The position numbers and the translations under genes were made by a program. This document shows positions 21,026 to 29,754 of a DNA stretch of 64,000 nt, piece after piece. The notes beneath the pieces are model-generated. The model ran no database searches. It saw only the letters and a list, made by a program, of their open reading frames with translations, and had not been told where the DNA came from. This DNA is from an uncultured delta proteobacterium (GTDB lineage: Bacteria > Myxococcota > Myxococcia > Myxococcales > Myxococcaceae), in contig CAVQKE010000003.1 in assembly GCA_963713045.1 (NCBI GenBank), forward strand, positions 1,152,001 to 1,216,000, read 5' to 3'. Numbering within the stretch: the stretch's first letter is position 1; each line of letters begins with the position of its first letter.

Positions 21026-22261
21026 TTGAAGCGCAATCCGCTATTGCCCATCTTTCTCATCGTCGTGGTCGACGTGCTGGGGCTCACCATCATCCTGCCC
21101 CTGTTGCCTTTCTATGCCCAGAGGCTGGGCGCCTCGGCCACCCAGGTGGGCTTACTCATCTCCGTCTTCGCGCTGTGCTCGCTCTTCTCCGGGCCTCTGT
21201 TGGGTCGGTGGAGCGACAGCATCGGCCGAAAGCCGCTCCTTCTGTTGAGCCAGGTGGGCACCCTTGCCGGCTTCCTCATTTTGGGCAGCGCGCAGGTGCT
21301 GTGGGTGGCCTTTGTCGGCCGCATCATCGACGGGTTGACGGCGGGCAACCTGTCGCTGGCCCAGGCCTACATCGCCGACGTGACCGAGCCGAAAAACCGG
21401 GCGCGGGCCTTCGCCCTCATCGGCATCGCCTTCGGCTTCGGCTTCCTGGTGGGCCCCGCGATGTCCGGCTTCCTTTCCCAGTACGGCTACCGGGTGCCCT
21501 TTCTGGTCGCGGCCGGACTGTCCCTCACCAGCATTCTGGCCACCGCGTTTCTGCTGCCCGGTGGCCGGCGCCCCGAATCGGCCGCGCCGGGCGACAGCGG
21601 GCCGGGGGGGCGCCGCCTGTCGCTTCTGGCCTGGGGCCAGTACGCCCAGTACTTTCGCCGCCCGGGCCTGGCGCCGTTGTTGCTGCAGTTCTTCTGCTTC
21701 AGCTTCGCCTTCGCCGGCTTCACCGGTGGGCTGGCACTCTTCTGCGAGCGCCGCCTGTACTGGCATGGGAAGCCCTTTGGGCCGGAACAAGTCGGCTACG
21801 TCTTCGCCTACGCCGGACTGTTGGGCGTCATTCTTCAAGGCGGCCTCATCGGCCGGCTGGTGAAGCGCTTCGGTGAGACACCGCTGGTGACGTCCGGGTT
21901 TCTCTCGCTGACGGCGGGCTACGCGGTGCTGTCGGCCACCTTTGGCATTCCGCTGCTGCTGGTGGCCGGCACCCTGTCCTCCTTTGGAAATGGCGTGTTG
22001 CGGCCGGCCCTCACCAGCCTCATCACCCAGCAGGTGAGAAGCAACGAGCAGGGCGTTGTCCTTGGCCTCAACCAGTCCCTCTTCTCGGTGGCACAAATTC
22101 TCGGGCCGGCGCTGGCCGGCTTCTTGATTGACAGGGGACAGCTGAGTGCCTGGGCCCTGGTGTCCGCGCTCGCCGCCGGACTGGGGTTGGCCATCAACCG
22201 CGCAGTGCCACGGCCGCGCAGCGCCACTTCGCGAACGCCGGAGGCCGGCGCGGCGCCATAA
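21026..22261 (+). CDS. MFS transporter, TetA/DHA1-like
   Basis: Motif A GRWSDSIGRK, GRIIDG, AQAYIADVT, GFLVGPAMSG. TTG start at 21026 inferred; the ORF is open from 20987. Confidence 0.92.
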   Translation: MKRNPLLPIFLIVVVDVLGLTIILPLLPFYAQRLGASATQVGLLISVFALCSLFSGPLLGRWSDSIGRKPLLLLSQVGTLAGFLILGSAQVLWVAFVGRIIDGLTAGNLSLAQAYIADVTEPKNRARAFALIGIAFGFGFLVGPAMSGFLSQYGYRVPFLVAAGLSLTSILATAFLLPGGRRPESAAPGDSGPGGRRLSLLAWGQYAQYFRRPGLAPLLLQFFCFSFAFAGFTGGLALFCERRLYWHGKPFGPEQVGYVFAYAGLLGVILQGGLIGRLVKRFGETPLVTSGFLSLTAGYAVLSATFGIPLLLVAGTLSSFGNGVLRPALTSLITQQVRSNEQGVVLGLNQSLFSVAQILGPALAGFLIDRGQLSAWALVSALAAGLGLAINRAVPRPRSATSRTPEAGAAP

Positions 22262-22294
22262 GCCACTGGGCCCGGGAAGGAAACCGGGGGGCGC

Positions 22295-23185
22295 CTACAG
22301 CGTCCAGAGGGCAGTTCCGTCTGCGGACAGGGTGAGGACGGACGTCGGTCCGAAGTGCAGCGTCTGCGCCGCGACGCCCTTCTTGACCAGTTGAAAGCGC
22401 ACCTCGGCCAAGCCCTTCATGCCCGGGGCGAGTGGAATCAGGGTCAGGGTCATTCCGCCGCCGGACGCGACGTGCTTCGTCCCCTCGCTGCGCACGGTCC
22501 AGCCGTAGACGGCCAACTCCTTGAGGAAGCGTTCCATCTCGCGCTCGGAGAGCGCCACGGTGGCGCCGATAATGTCCTTCACCAGCCGGTCCTTCTGCCA
22601 AAACCGCGCCGCCAGCTGCGCTCGCGTCATGCCGTCCTTGCCCGGCTCGACGGTGCGCAGGAAGTCCTTCTGGTATTCCATCACCCAGCGGGTGGTGTTG
22701 GAGGGCGGGTCTGTCCGGTAGAAGGCCCTCAGCTGGTAAAACCACGGCACCTGGGCGCCGGTTGGCCCCTGCGTGGTGCGCAGGACGACGGTGGCCTCGG
22801 CGCCGGCATCGGCCAGTGGCAGGACGAGGGCCGCGACGTCTCCGGGATGCTCCACGGCCAACGCCACACCGCTGCTGCCGGGCTCTCCCTGCCCGGGCCC
22901 GGCCTCATACACCTCGAGGTAGGTGTGCTCGCCGTACAGGTACGTCCCGTTCCAGCGTTTGCCCTCGTTGGAGACGTTGCTCTTCTGAAACACTGTCGCA
23001 AAGGTGTCCTTGAGAAAGGCACTCGCGGCGAGGTCGTGCACCGTGGCCGCGTCCAGCACCACCGAGAGGTGGTTGAGGGAGACTTCGGGACGCCTCGCCG
23101 TGGGGGCACCGGCCACCGACGAAGCGAGCAGGCCCAGCAGCAGCGCCGCACTCCCTTCCACCCTGGCTCGACTGGACGTCCCCAC
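22295..23185 (-). CDS. Exported protein, DUF5829-like
   Basis: Signal peptide, LNHLSVVLD…GTYLYGEHTYLEV; family name from recall only. Confidence 0.6.
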   Translation of the reverse strand: MGTSSRARVEGSAALLLGLLASSVAGAPTARRPEVSLNHLSVVLDAATVHDLAASAFLKDTFATVFQKSNVSNEGKRWNGTYLYGEHTYLEVYEAGPGQGEPGSSGVALAVEHPGDVAALVLPLADAGAEATVVLRTTQGPTGAQVPWFYQLRAFYRTDPPSNTTRWVMEYQKDFLRTVEPGKDGMTRAQLAARFWQKDRLVKDIIGATVALSEREMERFLKELAVYGWTVRSEGTKHVASGGGMTLTLIPLAPGMKGLAEVRFQLVKKGVAAQTLHFGPTSVLTLSADGTALWTL

Positions 23186-23334
23186 GCGCCGTCGGACGCT
23201 AGCGTCTTGGGCCGACGAGCGCCAAAGCCGCCGACCCGCAGTGGCGGGCTACCCCACGCCCTGCGGCGGCAGGCTGGCAGGACTTCAAAGACTGGGCGAT
23301 GGACGCCCCCAAAGGGCGTTTTCTCCAGAAGCCT

Positions 23335-24207
23335 TCAGCCGGCGGAACGCAGCTCTCCCTTCTTGGGGTTGCCGAGCCGTTCTCGGTGGGCCACGGCCGC
23401 CACAATGCGTGCCAGCTGCTCCGCGCCCTCGGTGAGGGCGGCCGGGCCCGGCTGCAGAATCAGGGGGCTCTTCACTTCGTACAGCTGGTCGTCCACCACC
23501 GCCCGGACGGTGGACCAGCCGGGCCGGGCGCGGATTTTCTCGGGCTTCGCCTTGCGCCCGCACCAACTGGCCACGACGCCCTCCGGATTGCGCCGGGCCA
23601 CTTCCTCTGGGGCGAAGACCCGCCCTTGCGCGGCCTGGCTGGCGCGGGACTCGACGCACACGTCCTCGCCGCCAACCAGTTCCATCAATTCCGAGCACCA
23701 GCGGATGCCGGAGATGAGAGGCTCGTTCCATTCCTCGAAAAACATCCGCGGGCGCCGCGGCAGCGCCGAGGCCCCCTCGGCCAGTCGCTCGAGGTTTCGC
23801 CGCAATTCCAGGGCCAGCCGGTCGGCCTCTTCGGCCAGGCCCACCAGCGCACCAATCAACCGAATGGCCTGGAGGATTTCGGCGACGCTGCGCTGGTTGA
23901 AGAGGACCACCGGAACGCCGCGCTTGCAGAGCTCCCGGCCGAGGTCAGCCTGCAAGTCACTGAAGCCAAGGACCAGGTGCGGCCGCAGCGCGAGAATTTT
24001 CTCGAAGTCCGCGTCCAGGAAGGAGCTGACCCGCGGCTTGCGCCGCGCCTCGGGAGGCCGGACGGTGAAGCCGGAGACGCCCACCACCCGGTCACCGGCC
24101 CCCAGCCGGTACAGCGTTTCCGTCGTCTCCTCGGTGAGGCACACCACCCGCGTTGGCCATGGCGGCGCGGAGGAAAGCAGCGCGGAAGCCGGGTCCGAGA
24201 CGTCCAC
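23335..24207 (-). CDS. Cobalamin/iron-siderophore binding-protein family (BtuF-like)
   Basis: RVVCLTEETTETLY, VVGVSGFTVRP, LVLGFSDLQ, FEEWNEP, ILQPGP. Confidence 0.85.
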   Translation of the reverse strand: MDVSDPASALLSSAPPWPTRVVCLTEETTETLYRLGAGDRVVGVSGFTVRPPEARRKPRVSSFLDADFEKILALRPHLVLGFSDLQADLGRELCKRGVPVVLFNQRSVAEILQAIRLIGALVGLAEEADRLALELRRNLERLAEGASALPRRPRMFFEEWNEPLISGIRWCSELMELVGGEDVCVESRASQAAQGRVFAPEEVARRNPEGVVASWCGRKAKPEKIRARPGWSTVRAVVDDQLYEVKSPLILQPGPAALTEGAEQLARIVAAVAHRERLGNPKKGELRSAG

Positions 24208-24265
24208 AGTCCACTGAATTCTACCGGCTTCGCCCACCCGGCCGGGCGCTGGCGGTTGGCGAGAA

Positions 24266-25573
24266 TTACGACGTGTAGGCCGCCTCTCCATGTTGGGTCG
24301 CGTCCAGGCCCTCGCGTTCCTCCTCCTCAGACACCCGGAGGCCCACCAGCCGGTCGGTGACCCAGAGGATGGCCAGGGTGAGGAGCACCGTCCAGACGCC
24401 GGAGGCCAGTAGCCCCACCGCCTGTTTCACCAGCAGCGAGGGGTCCCCAGCGAGAAGCCCGTCCGCGCCCCCACTCGGGTTGAGCACCTTGCGCGAGAAG
24501 ACGCCCACCAACATCGCCCCCAGCATGCCGCCCACCCCGTGCACGCCGAAGGCGTCGAGCGAGTCGTCGTAGTGGAAGCGGCGTTCCTTGAGCACCACCG
24601 CCCCGTAACAGACGAGTCCCGCCGCCGCGCCGATGAAGAGCGACGCCGCCGGTGAGACGAAGCCGGCCGCCGGCGTAATGGCCACCAGTCCGGCCACCAG
24701 CCCCGAGGCAAACCCCAAGATGGTGGGCTTCCCGCGGCTCAACCACTCGCCCAAAACCCAAGCCATGGCGCCAGTGGCGGCGGCAATGGTGGTGGTGACG
24801 AAGGCCAGCGCGGCCGTCTGTCCGGCGGACAGCGCGCTGCCGGCGTTGAAGCCAAACCAACCAAACCAGAGGAGCCCGGCACCGGTGACTGTCATCGGCA
24901 AGTCGTGCGGGATGAACCGCTCCTTGCCGAAGCCGAGCCGCTTCCCAATGAAGAGGGCGCACACCAGCGCCGACAGGCCCGCCGTCCAGTGCACCACCGT
25001 CCCGCCGGCGAAGTCCAAGGTGCCGTAGGCGCCAATCCAGCCGCCGTCGCCCCACACCCAATGGGCCACCGGGTCATAGACCAGGGTGCTCCACAGCAGC
25101 GTGAAGAGGACGTAGGCGGAAAACTTCATGCGCTCCACGAAGGCTCCGGAAATGAGCGCCGGGGTGATGATGGCAAATTTCAGTTGGAACACCATGAAGG
25201 CCAACTCCGGCACGCTGCCTTTCAGCCGGCCCACCACGTTGTCGAGCATCAGGTAATTGGTGCCGCCGATGAGGCCGTGGAAGTCCTTGCCGAAGGTGAG
25301 GGAGTAGCCGAAGAAAACCCACTGCACCGTCACCAGGGCCATGGTGAAGTAGGAATACATGAGGGTGGCGAGCACGTTTTTGCGTCGCACCATGCCGCCG
25401 TAGAAAAGCGCCAGCCCCGGCGTCATGAGCAGCACCAAGGCGGCCGAGATGAGCAGCCAGGCCGTGTCCCCGGTGTCGGCGTGCACCTCGGTGGCCTGTG
25501 CCCATGCCGACAGCGGAAGCAGGAGTGTCACGGCGACAGCTGCCCACACCAGACGCTCGACAGAACGGGTCAT
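24266..25573 (-). CDS. amtB: Ammonium transporter
   Basis: LVLLMTPGLALFYGG, FQLKFAIIT, DFAGGTVVH, LWFGWFGFN, DDSLDAFGVHGVGG. Confidence 0.96.
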   Translation of the reverse strand: MTRSVERLVWAAVAVTLLLPLSAWAQATEVHADTGDTAWLLISAALVLLMTPGLALFYGGMVRRKNVLATLMYSYFTMALVTVQWVFFGYSLTFGKDFHGLIGGTNYLMLDNVVGRLKGSVPELAFMVFQLKFAIITPALISGAFVERMKFSAYVLFTLLWSTLVYDPVAHWVWGDGGWIGAYGTLDFAGGTVVHWTAGLSALVCALFIGKRLGFGKERFIPHDLPMTVTGAGLLWFGWFGFNAGSALSAGQTAALAFVTTTIAAATGAMAWVLGEWLSRGKPTILGFASGLVAGLVAITPAAGFVSPAASLFIGAAAGLVCYGAVVLKERRFHYDDSLDAFGVHGVGGMLGAMLVGVFSRKVLNPSGGADGLLAGDPSLLVKQAVGLLASGVWTVLLTLAILWVTDRLVGLRVSEEEEREGLDATQHGEAAYTS

Positions 25574-25672
25574 GGAACCTGACTGTTGCATTGACGCGGT
25601 GCGTTTCGCCACTGCTGCAAGCAGCACGGTGCCAAACTTTCTGGGCCGCCCCGGGTTCCCCTTTGCGTTGAC

Positions 25673-27325
25673 ATGCCGCGCCCCCTCGCCCAGCTTCTCC
25701 TCGCCTGTCTGGCCTGTGCCAGCGCACCTCCGGTAGCCCCCGCCGCGGTCGCCGCTGCGCCCGTCCACGTGTCCTCCCCGGGCTGGAGTCGAGAAAAGCA
25801 GGCGGTGCACGTCCTCAACCGGTTGGCCTACGGGCCCTCCCCGGCCTCGCTGGCGGAGGTGCAGCAGCTCGGCGTCGAAGCGTGGATTTGGGCCCAGCTG
25901 CACCCGGAGAGCCTGGAGGACGGGGCGGTGGAAGCGAAGCTTTCCAACTTCCGCTCGCTGCAGATGAGCACCGCCGAGAGGCTGAGCGCCTACCAGCCGG
26001 AGGCGAAGCTGGCCAAGCAGCGCGGCGTCGACCTGACCGACCCCGAGGCCCGCGCCAAGCTCCTCGAGGAAATGCCGATGGGGGCGATGCCCAGACAAAT
26101 GGGCTTGGAGCTCATCGCGGCCAAGCTCATCCGCGCCACCGAGAGCCGCCGCCAGCTGCAGGAGGTGCTGCTCGACTTCTGGTTCAACCACTTCAACGTC
26201 GCCGGCCAAAAGGGCGCGGTGCGATGGATGCTGGCCTCGTACGAAACGACGGCGCTGCGTCCCCACCTGTTTGGCAGCTTCCGGGCGCTGCTCGGCGCGG
26301 TGGCGCACCACCCGGCGATGCTCTTCTACCTGGACAATTGGATGTCCACTCGGGAGGGCCTCGACTTGGCCGCGTTGCGCCGCTCTGGCGTCCCGGTGCC
26401 CAAGAAGCTGGCTGAGTTGGGAAAGCTCGGCCTCAATGAAAACTATGCCCGAGAACTGCTCGAGCTGCACACGCTGGGCGTCGACGGGGGCTACACCCAG
26501 AGCGACGTGCGCGAAGTGGCCCGGTGCTTCACCGGTTGGGGCATCGAGAAGCCACGCCAGGTGGGCACCTTTGCCTTCCACCCGCTGGCCCATGACACCG
26601 GGGAGAAGCACCTGCTCGGCACCACCGTTGCTGCCGGCGGGGGGATGGACGACGGCGAGCGCGTCCTGGACTTGCTGGCCGCACACCCGTCGACGGCGCA
26701 CTTTCTGGCGCGGAAGCTGGCGCAAAAGTTTGTCGCCGACGAGCCGCCTCCGGCGCTGGTGGAACGTCTCGCCGAGACCTACCTAAAAACGCACGGAGAC
26801 TTGAGCCAGGTGTACCTGGCCCTCTTCCAAAGCCCGGAATTCTGGAGCGAGCAGGCCTTCCACGCCAAGACGAAGACGCCGCTCGAATTCGCCGTCTCCG
26901 CGGTGCGCGCCCTCGGGGGAAATACCTACGGCGACGGGCCCTTGGTGAAGGCCGTCGATGCCATGGGAGAGCAGCTGTACCGCGCCCAGCCGCCCACCGG
27001 CTGGCCGGAGGTGGCCACCCCGTGGGTCAACGCCGGCGCCCTCGTCACCCGAATTAATTTTGCCCTGGCGCTCACCGCCGGAAGAATTCCCGGGACGCAG
27101 GTGGGGCTTCCCCCGGAGGCCCCCGGCGCCAGTCCCAGCGCCTCGGTGGACGCGCTGGCGCGCGCTGTCCTGCACGTGCCTCTCAGCGAGACGACACGGG
27201 CCACGCTGCTGCGCGCGCTGGGCCAGGGGGAAAACGACGTCATGCCCGACGGCGAACGGCGACCGATGGACTCGGCCAAGCTGGCCGGCCTGCTGCTGGG
27301 AAGCCCGGAATTCCAAAAGCAATGA
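25673..27325 (+). CDS. DUF1800-family lipoprotein
   Basis: LNRLAYGP, FWFNHFNV, PAMLFYLDN, NENYARELLELHTLG, LLGSPEFQ. Confidence 0.9.
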   Translation: MPRPLAQLLLACLACASAPPVAPAAVAAAPVHVSSPGWSREKQAVHVLNRLAYGPSPASLAEVQQLGVEAWIWAQLHPESLEDGAVEAKLSNFRSLQMSTAERLSAYQPEAKLAKQRGVDLTDPEARAKLLEEMPMGAMPRQMGLELIAAKLIRATESRRQLQEVLLDFWFNHFNVAGQKGAVRWMLASYETTALRPHLFGSFRALLGAVAHHPAMLFYLDNWMSTREGLDLAALRRSGVPVPKKLAELGKLGLNENYARELLELHTLGVDGGYTQSDVREVARCFTGWGIEKPRQVGTFAFHPLAHDTGEKHLLGTTVAAGGGMDDGERVLDLLAAHPSTAHFLARKLAQKFVADEPPPALVERLAETYLKTHGDLSQVYLALFQSPEFWSEQAFHAKTKTPLEFAVSAVRALGGNTYGDGPLVKAVDAMGEQLYRAQPPTGWPEVATPWVNAGALVTRINFALALTAGRIPGTQVGLPPEAPGASPSASVDALARAVLHVPLSETTRATLLRALGQGENDVMPDGERRPMDSAKLAGLLLGSPEFQKQ

Positions 27326-28548
27326 GCCTCTGCTTCGACCGCCGCCTCTTCCTCAAGTCCACCGGCCTGGCCTTCCTCGGCCTCGGGCTTGCCCCGGGCT
27401 TTCTCCGCCGCGCGGTGGCCCAGCCCACCAGCGGCCGGCACACCTTGGTCCTCGTCTTTCTCCGGGGCGGCGCCGATGGCCTTTCCTTCGTCCCGCCGGT
27501 GGGGGACCCGGCCTACTATGCCGCCCGGCCCACCCTCGCCCTGGCCCGGCCCGGCGCCGACGGAGGCGCGCTGAGGCTGGACGACACCTTTGGCCTGCAC
27601 CCGGCCCTCGCCGCGCTTCAGCCGCTTTGGCAGGACAACGCGCTGGCGCTGGTGCAGGCCGCGGGACTGCAGGGGGCCACCCGCTCGCACTTCGACGCCC
27701 AGGACTTTTGCGAGACCGGGACGCCGGGCTGCAAGACAACCGCGGACGGCTGGCTCAACCGCACCCTGCAACAGCTGCCGGAGCCAGGCGCCAGCGCGTT
27801 CCGCGCGGTGGCGCTGCAGGGCACCCTTCCCCGTTCGCTCCAGGGGGCCGCCCCGGCGGTGGCGGTGGAGTCGCTCAGCAGCTTTCACCTCACCGGCAAG
27901 GGTGGCCTGGAAACCTTCGAGGCCCTTTATGCCGGCGCGGTGGACGAAGCGCTGCGGACGACGGGACAGGAGGCCTTCGAGGCGCTGCGCGCCACGGCCT
28001 CGGCCGAGCTGTCGAAGAGTCCTCCGGAAAACGGCGCCGTCTACGCCAAGACGCCGCTGGCCCGACGCCTCCAGGACACGGCGCGCTTGGTGCGGGCCGG
28101 CGTCGGCCTGGAAGTGGTGGCCACCGAGATGGGCGGCTGGGACACCCACGTCGGCGAAGGCGCGGCCAGCGGGCAACTCGCCGCGCGGCTGCGCGAACTG
28201 GCCGAGGCGCTGGCGGCCTTCGCGCGCGACCTCGGCCCACGCCTGGCCCAGGTGACGCTGCTGGTGATGACGGAATTCGGCCGCACCGTGCGGGAGAATG
28301 GAAACCGCGGCACCGACCATGGGACGGCCTCCGTCATGCTGGCCTTGGGCGGTGCAGTGCGCGGCGGCCGGGTGTACGGCGGCTGGCGGGGGCTGGAGGG
28401 CCCCGGACTTTTTGAGAACCGCGATTTGGCCATCCACATTGACGTGCGCTCGGTACTCACTGAGGCGCTGCAGGCGACGCTGAAACCGAAGGACCTGTCC
28501 AGCGTCTTCCCGGGGTTTTCCGGGCCACGGGTTGGACTCTTCGGCTAA
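27322..28548 (+). CDS. DUF1501-family Tat-exported protein
   Basis: Tat motif RRLFLK, FLRGGADGL, RSHFDAQ, GGWDTH, TEFGRT, GTDHG; ATGA overlap with the DUF1800 gene. Confidence 0.9.
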   Translation: MSLCFDRRLFLKSTGLAFLGLGLAPGFLRRAVAQPTSGRHTLVLVFLRGGADGLSFVPPVGDPAYYAARPTLALARPGADGGALRLDDTFGLHPALAALQPLWQDNALALVQAAGLQGATRSHFDAQDFCETGTPGCKTTADGWLNRTLQQLPEPGASAFRAVALQGTLPRSLQGAAPAVAVESLSSFHLTGKGGLETFEALYAGAVDEALRTTGQEAFEALRATASAELSKSPPENGAVYAKTPLARRLQDTARLVRAGVGLEVVATEMGGWDTHVGEGAASGQLAARLRELAEALAAFARDLGPRLAQVTLLVMTEFGRTVRENGNRGTDHGTASVMLALGGAVRGGRVYGGWRGLEGPGLFENRDLAIHIDVRSVLTEALQATLKPKDLSSVFPGFSGPRVGLFG

Positions 28549-28638
28549 GTCCCGGGGCTATTCGTTCCCGGTGCCGCGGGCGACCCACTGAACGGCCGTT
28601 CGAGGCGTCAGCCTGCCCTGGGAGAGTGGGGCCGTCTC

Positions 28639-29265
28639 ATGCAAAGCCGTCCCGCTCGAGGTGCTTCGGTGTCCACGGTGGAAATTGCCTGCGTGGAGTC
28701 TCCGGTCGGCCCTCTGCTGCTCGCCGCCGAGGATGGTGCACTGTTGGCGCTCTCCTTCGCCGAGTCTGCCTCGTCGGTGCGCGGCTGGCTCGAGCGCCAT
28801 CTTGGCCCAAGCACCTTCGTCTCCGCCTCCAACCCAGCCGGCGCGGCGCGCGCCCTGGAGCGCTACTGGTCCGGAGACTTGGACGCCCTTTCCCTGGTTC
28901 CAGTGAAGCTTCGAGGCACTGGCTTCCAAGTCCGCGTCTGGGAAACCCTGCGTCGAATTCCAAGCGGCGCCACCTGGAGTTACGCCACGCTGGCGCGGGC
29001 GGTGGGGGCGCCCACCGCGCTGCGCGCCGTGGGGGCCGCCAACGGACAAAACCCGGTCGCCATCATCGTCCCCTGCCACCGCGTCATCGGCTCGGATGGC
29101 GCCCTCACCGGCTACGGAGGCGGCCTGCCGCGCAAGGCCTGGCTGTTGGCCCACGAAGGGGTGCTGGAGCCAGAGTTGCCCCTCGTCTCCCTGGACGGCC
29201 AAGCCCCCGAGTCCACGTCGCCCGGGAGTGAAACCTTCCACGACGCCGCCCTTTCCGGAGGCTAG
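28639..29265 (+). CDS. ogt: Methylated-DNA-protein-cysteine methyltransferase
   Basis: GTGFQVRVW, RAVGAANGQNP, active site PCHRV, GYGGG. Start may be GTG at 28669. Confidence 0.93.
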   Translation: MQSRPARGASVSTVEIACVESPVGPLLLAAEDGALLALSFAESASSVRGWLERHLGPSTFVSASNPAGAARALERYWSGDLDALSLVPVKLRGTGFQVRVWETLRRIPSGATWSYATLARAVGAPTALRAVGAANGQNPVAIIVPCHRVIGSDGALTGYGGGLPRKAWLLAHEGVLEPELPLVSLDGQAPESTSPGSETFHDAALSGG

Positions 29266-29672
29266 CGGCGGCGGACGGGAATGTCTGAGCCGCGCCCGAG
29301 GCGCGTGGCCGCTTCCACTTCCAACCACGCGCTGCGGCATGCGATGCAGACGACTTTGCGTCCGTCCGGAAATGTCCTTTCGGTGGTCAGTGCCTCCGTT
29401 CCGGATTCACGCGGCCCACACCTGGGACAGGCCGAGCCTGAAGCCCGCACCGGGTAGGCATCCTGGTAGGGCGGCAGCCGAAGCAGCTTGAACCACTCCA
29501 CCACCGTCTCCTCGGACAGCGCCAGGTGCAGCGCATGGCCTTCGGCTGGTACCAGGCCATGGCGCAGGGCAATCCAATAAATGCGCAGCGGCGTGAGGTG
29601 CGTCCGCATGCCGCGCCGACGGAATTCCTCGCCCAGCCGGTGCACCATTGCCAACAGCGCGTCGCGGTCCAT
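29262..29672 (-). CDS. Hypothetical protein with C-terminal Zn-ribbon (CPRC…CIAC)
   Basis: 136-aa ORF with two CxxC pairs, convergent with ogt, LexA-like box just upstream. Confidence 0.7.
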   Translation of the reverse strand: MDRDALLAMVHRLGEEFRRRGMRTHLTPLRIYWIALRHGLVPAEGHALHLALSEETVVEWFKLLRLPPYQDAYPVRASGSACPRCGPRESGTEALTTERTFPDGRKVVCIACRSAWLEVEAATRLGRGSDIPVRRR

Positions 29673-29681
29673 GGCCCTGGA

Positions 29682-29698
29682 CTGTACATATGTTCAGC
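29682..29698. promoter_or_regulatory. Putative LexA (SOS) operator
   Basis: CTGTACATATGTTCAGC is an imperfect palindrome matching 16 of 17 positions of the Myxococcus xanthus LexA consensus as I recall it (CTRHAMRYBYGTTCAGS). AT-rich island 9 nt from a start codon. Confidence 0.7.
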
Positions 29699-29754
29699 CC
29701 GGCGCGCCTGCAACCATCCGCTTGTCCGCTGCGCGGCGGGCCGAGGTGGCGGGC

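Noticed and set aside
25616..25636. Sigma-54-like promoter upstream of amtB (minus strand TTTGGCACCGTGCTGCTTGCA)
   Set aside because: The -24 element is good and the context fits, but the GG-to-GC spacing is 9 or 13 nt rather than the required 10, so I do not call it.
24266..26725. Apparent 819-aa AmtB fusion
   Set aside because: The N-terminal extension is antisense to the DUF1800 gene; AmtB with its own leader starts near 25573.
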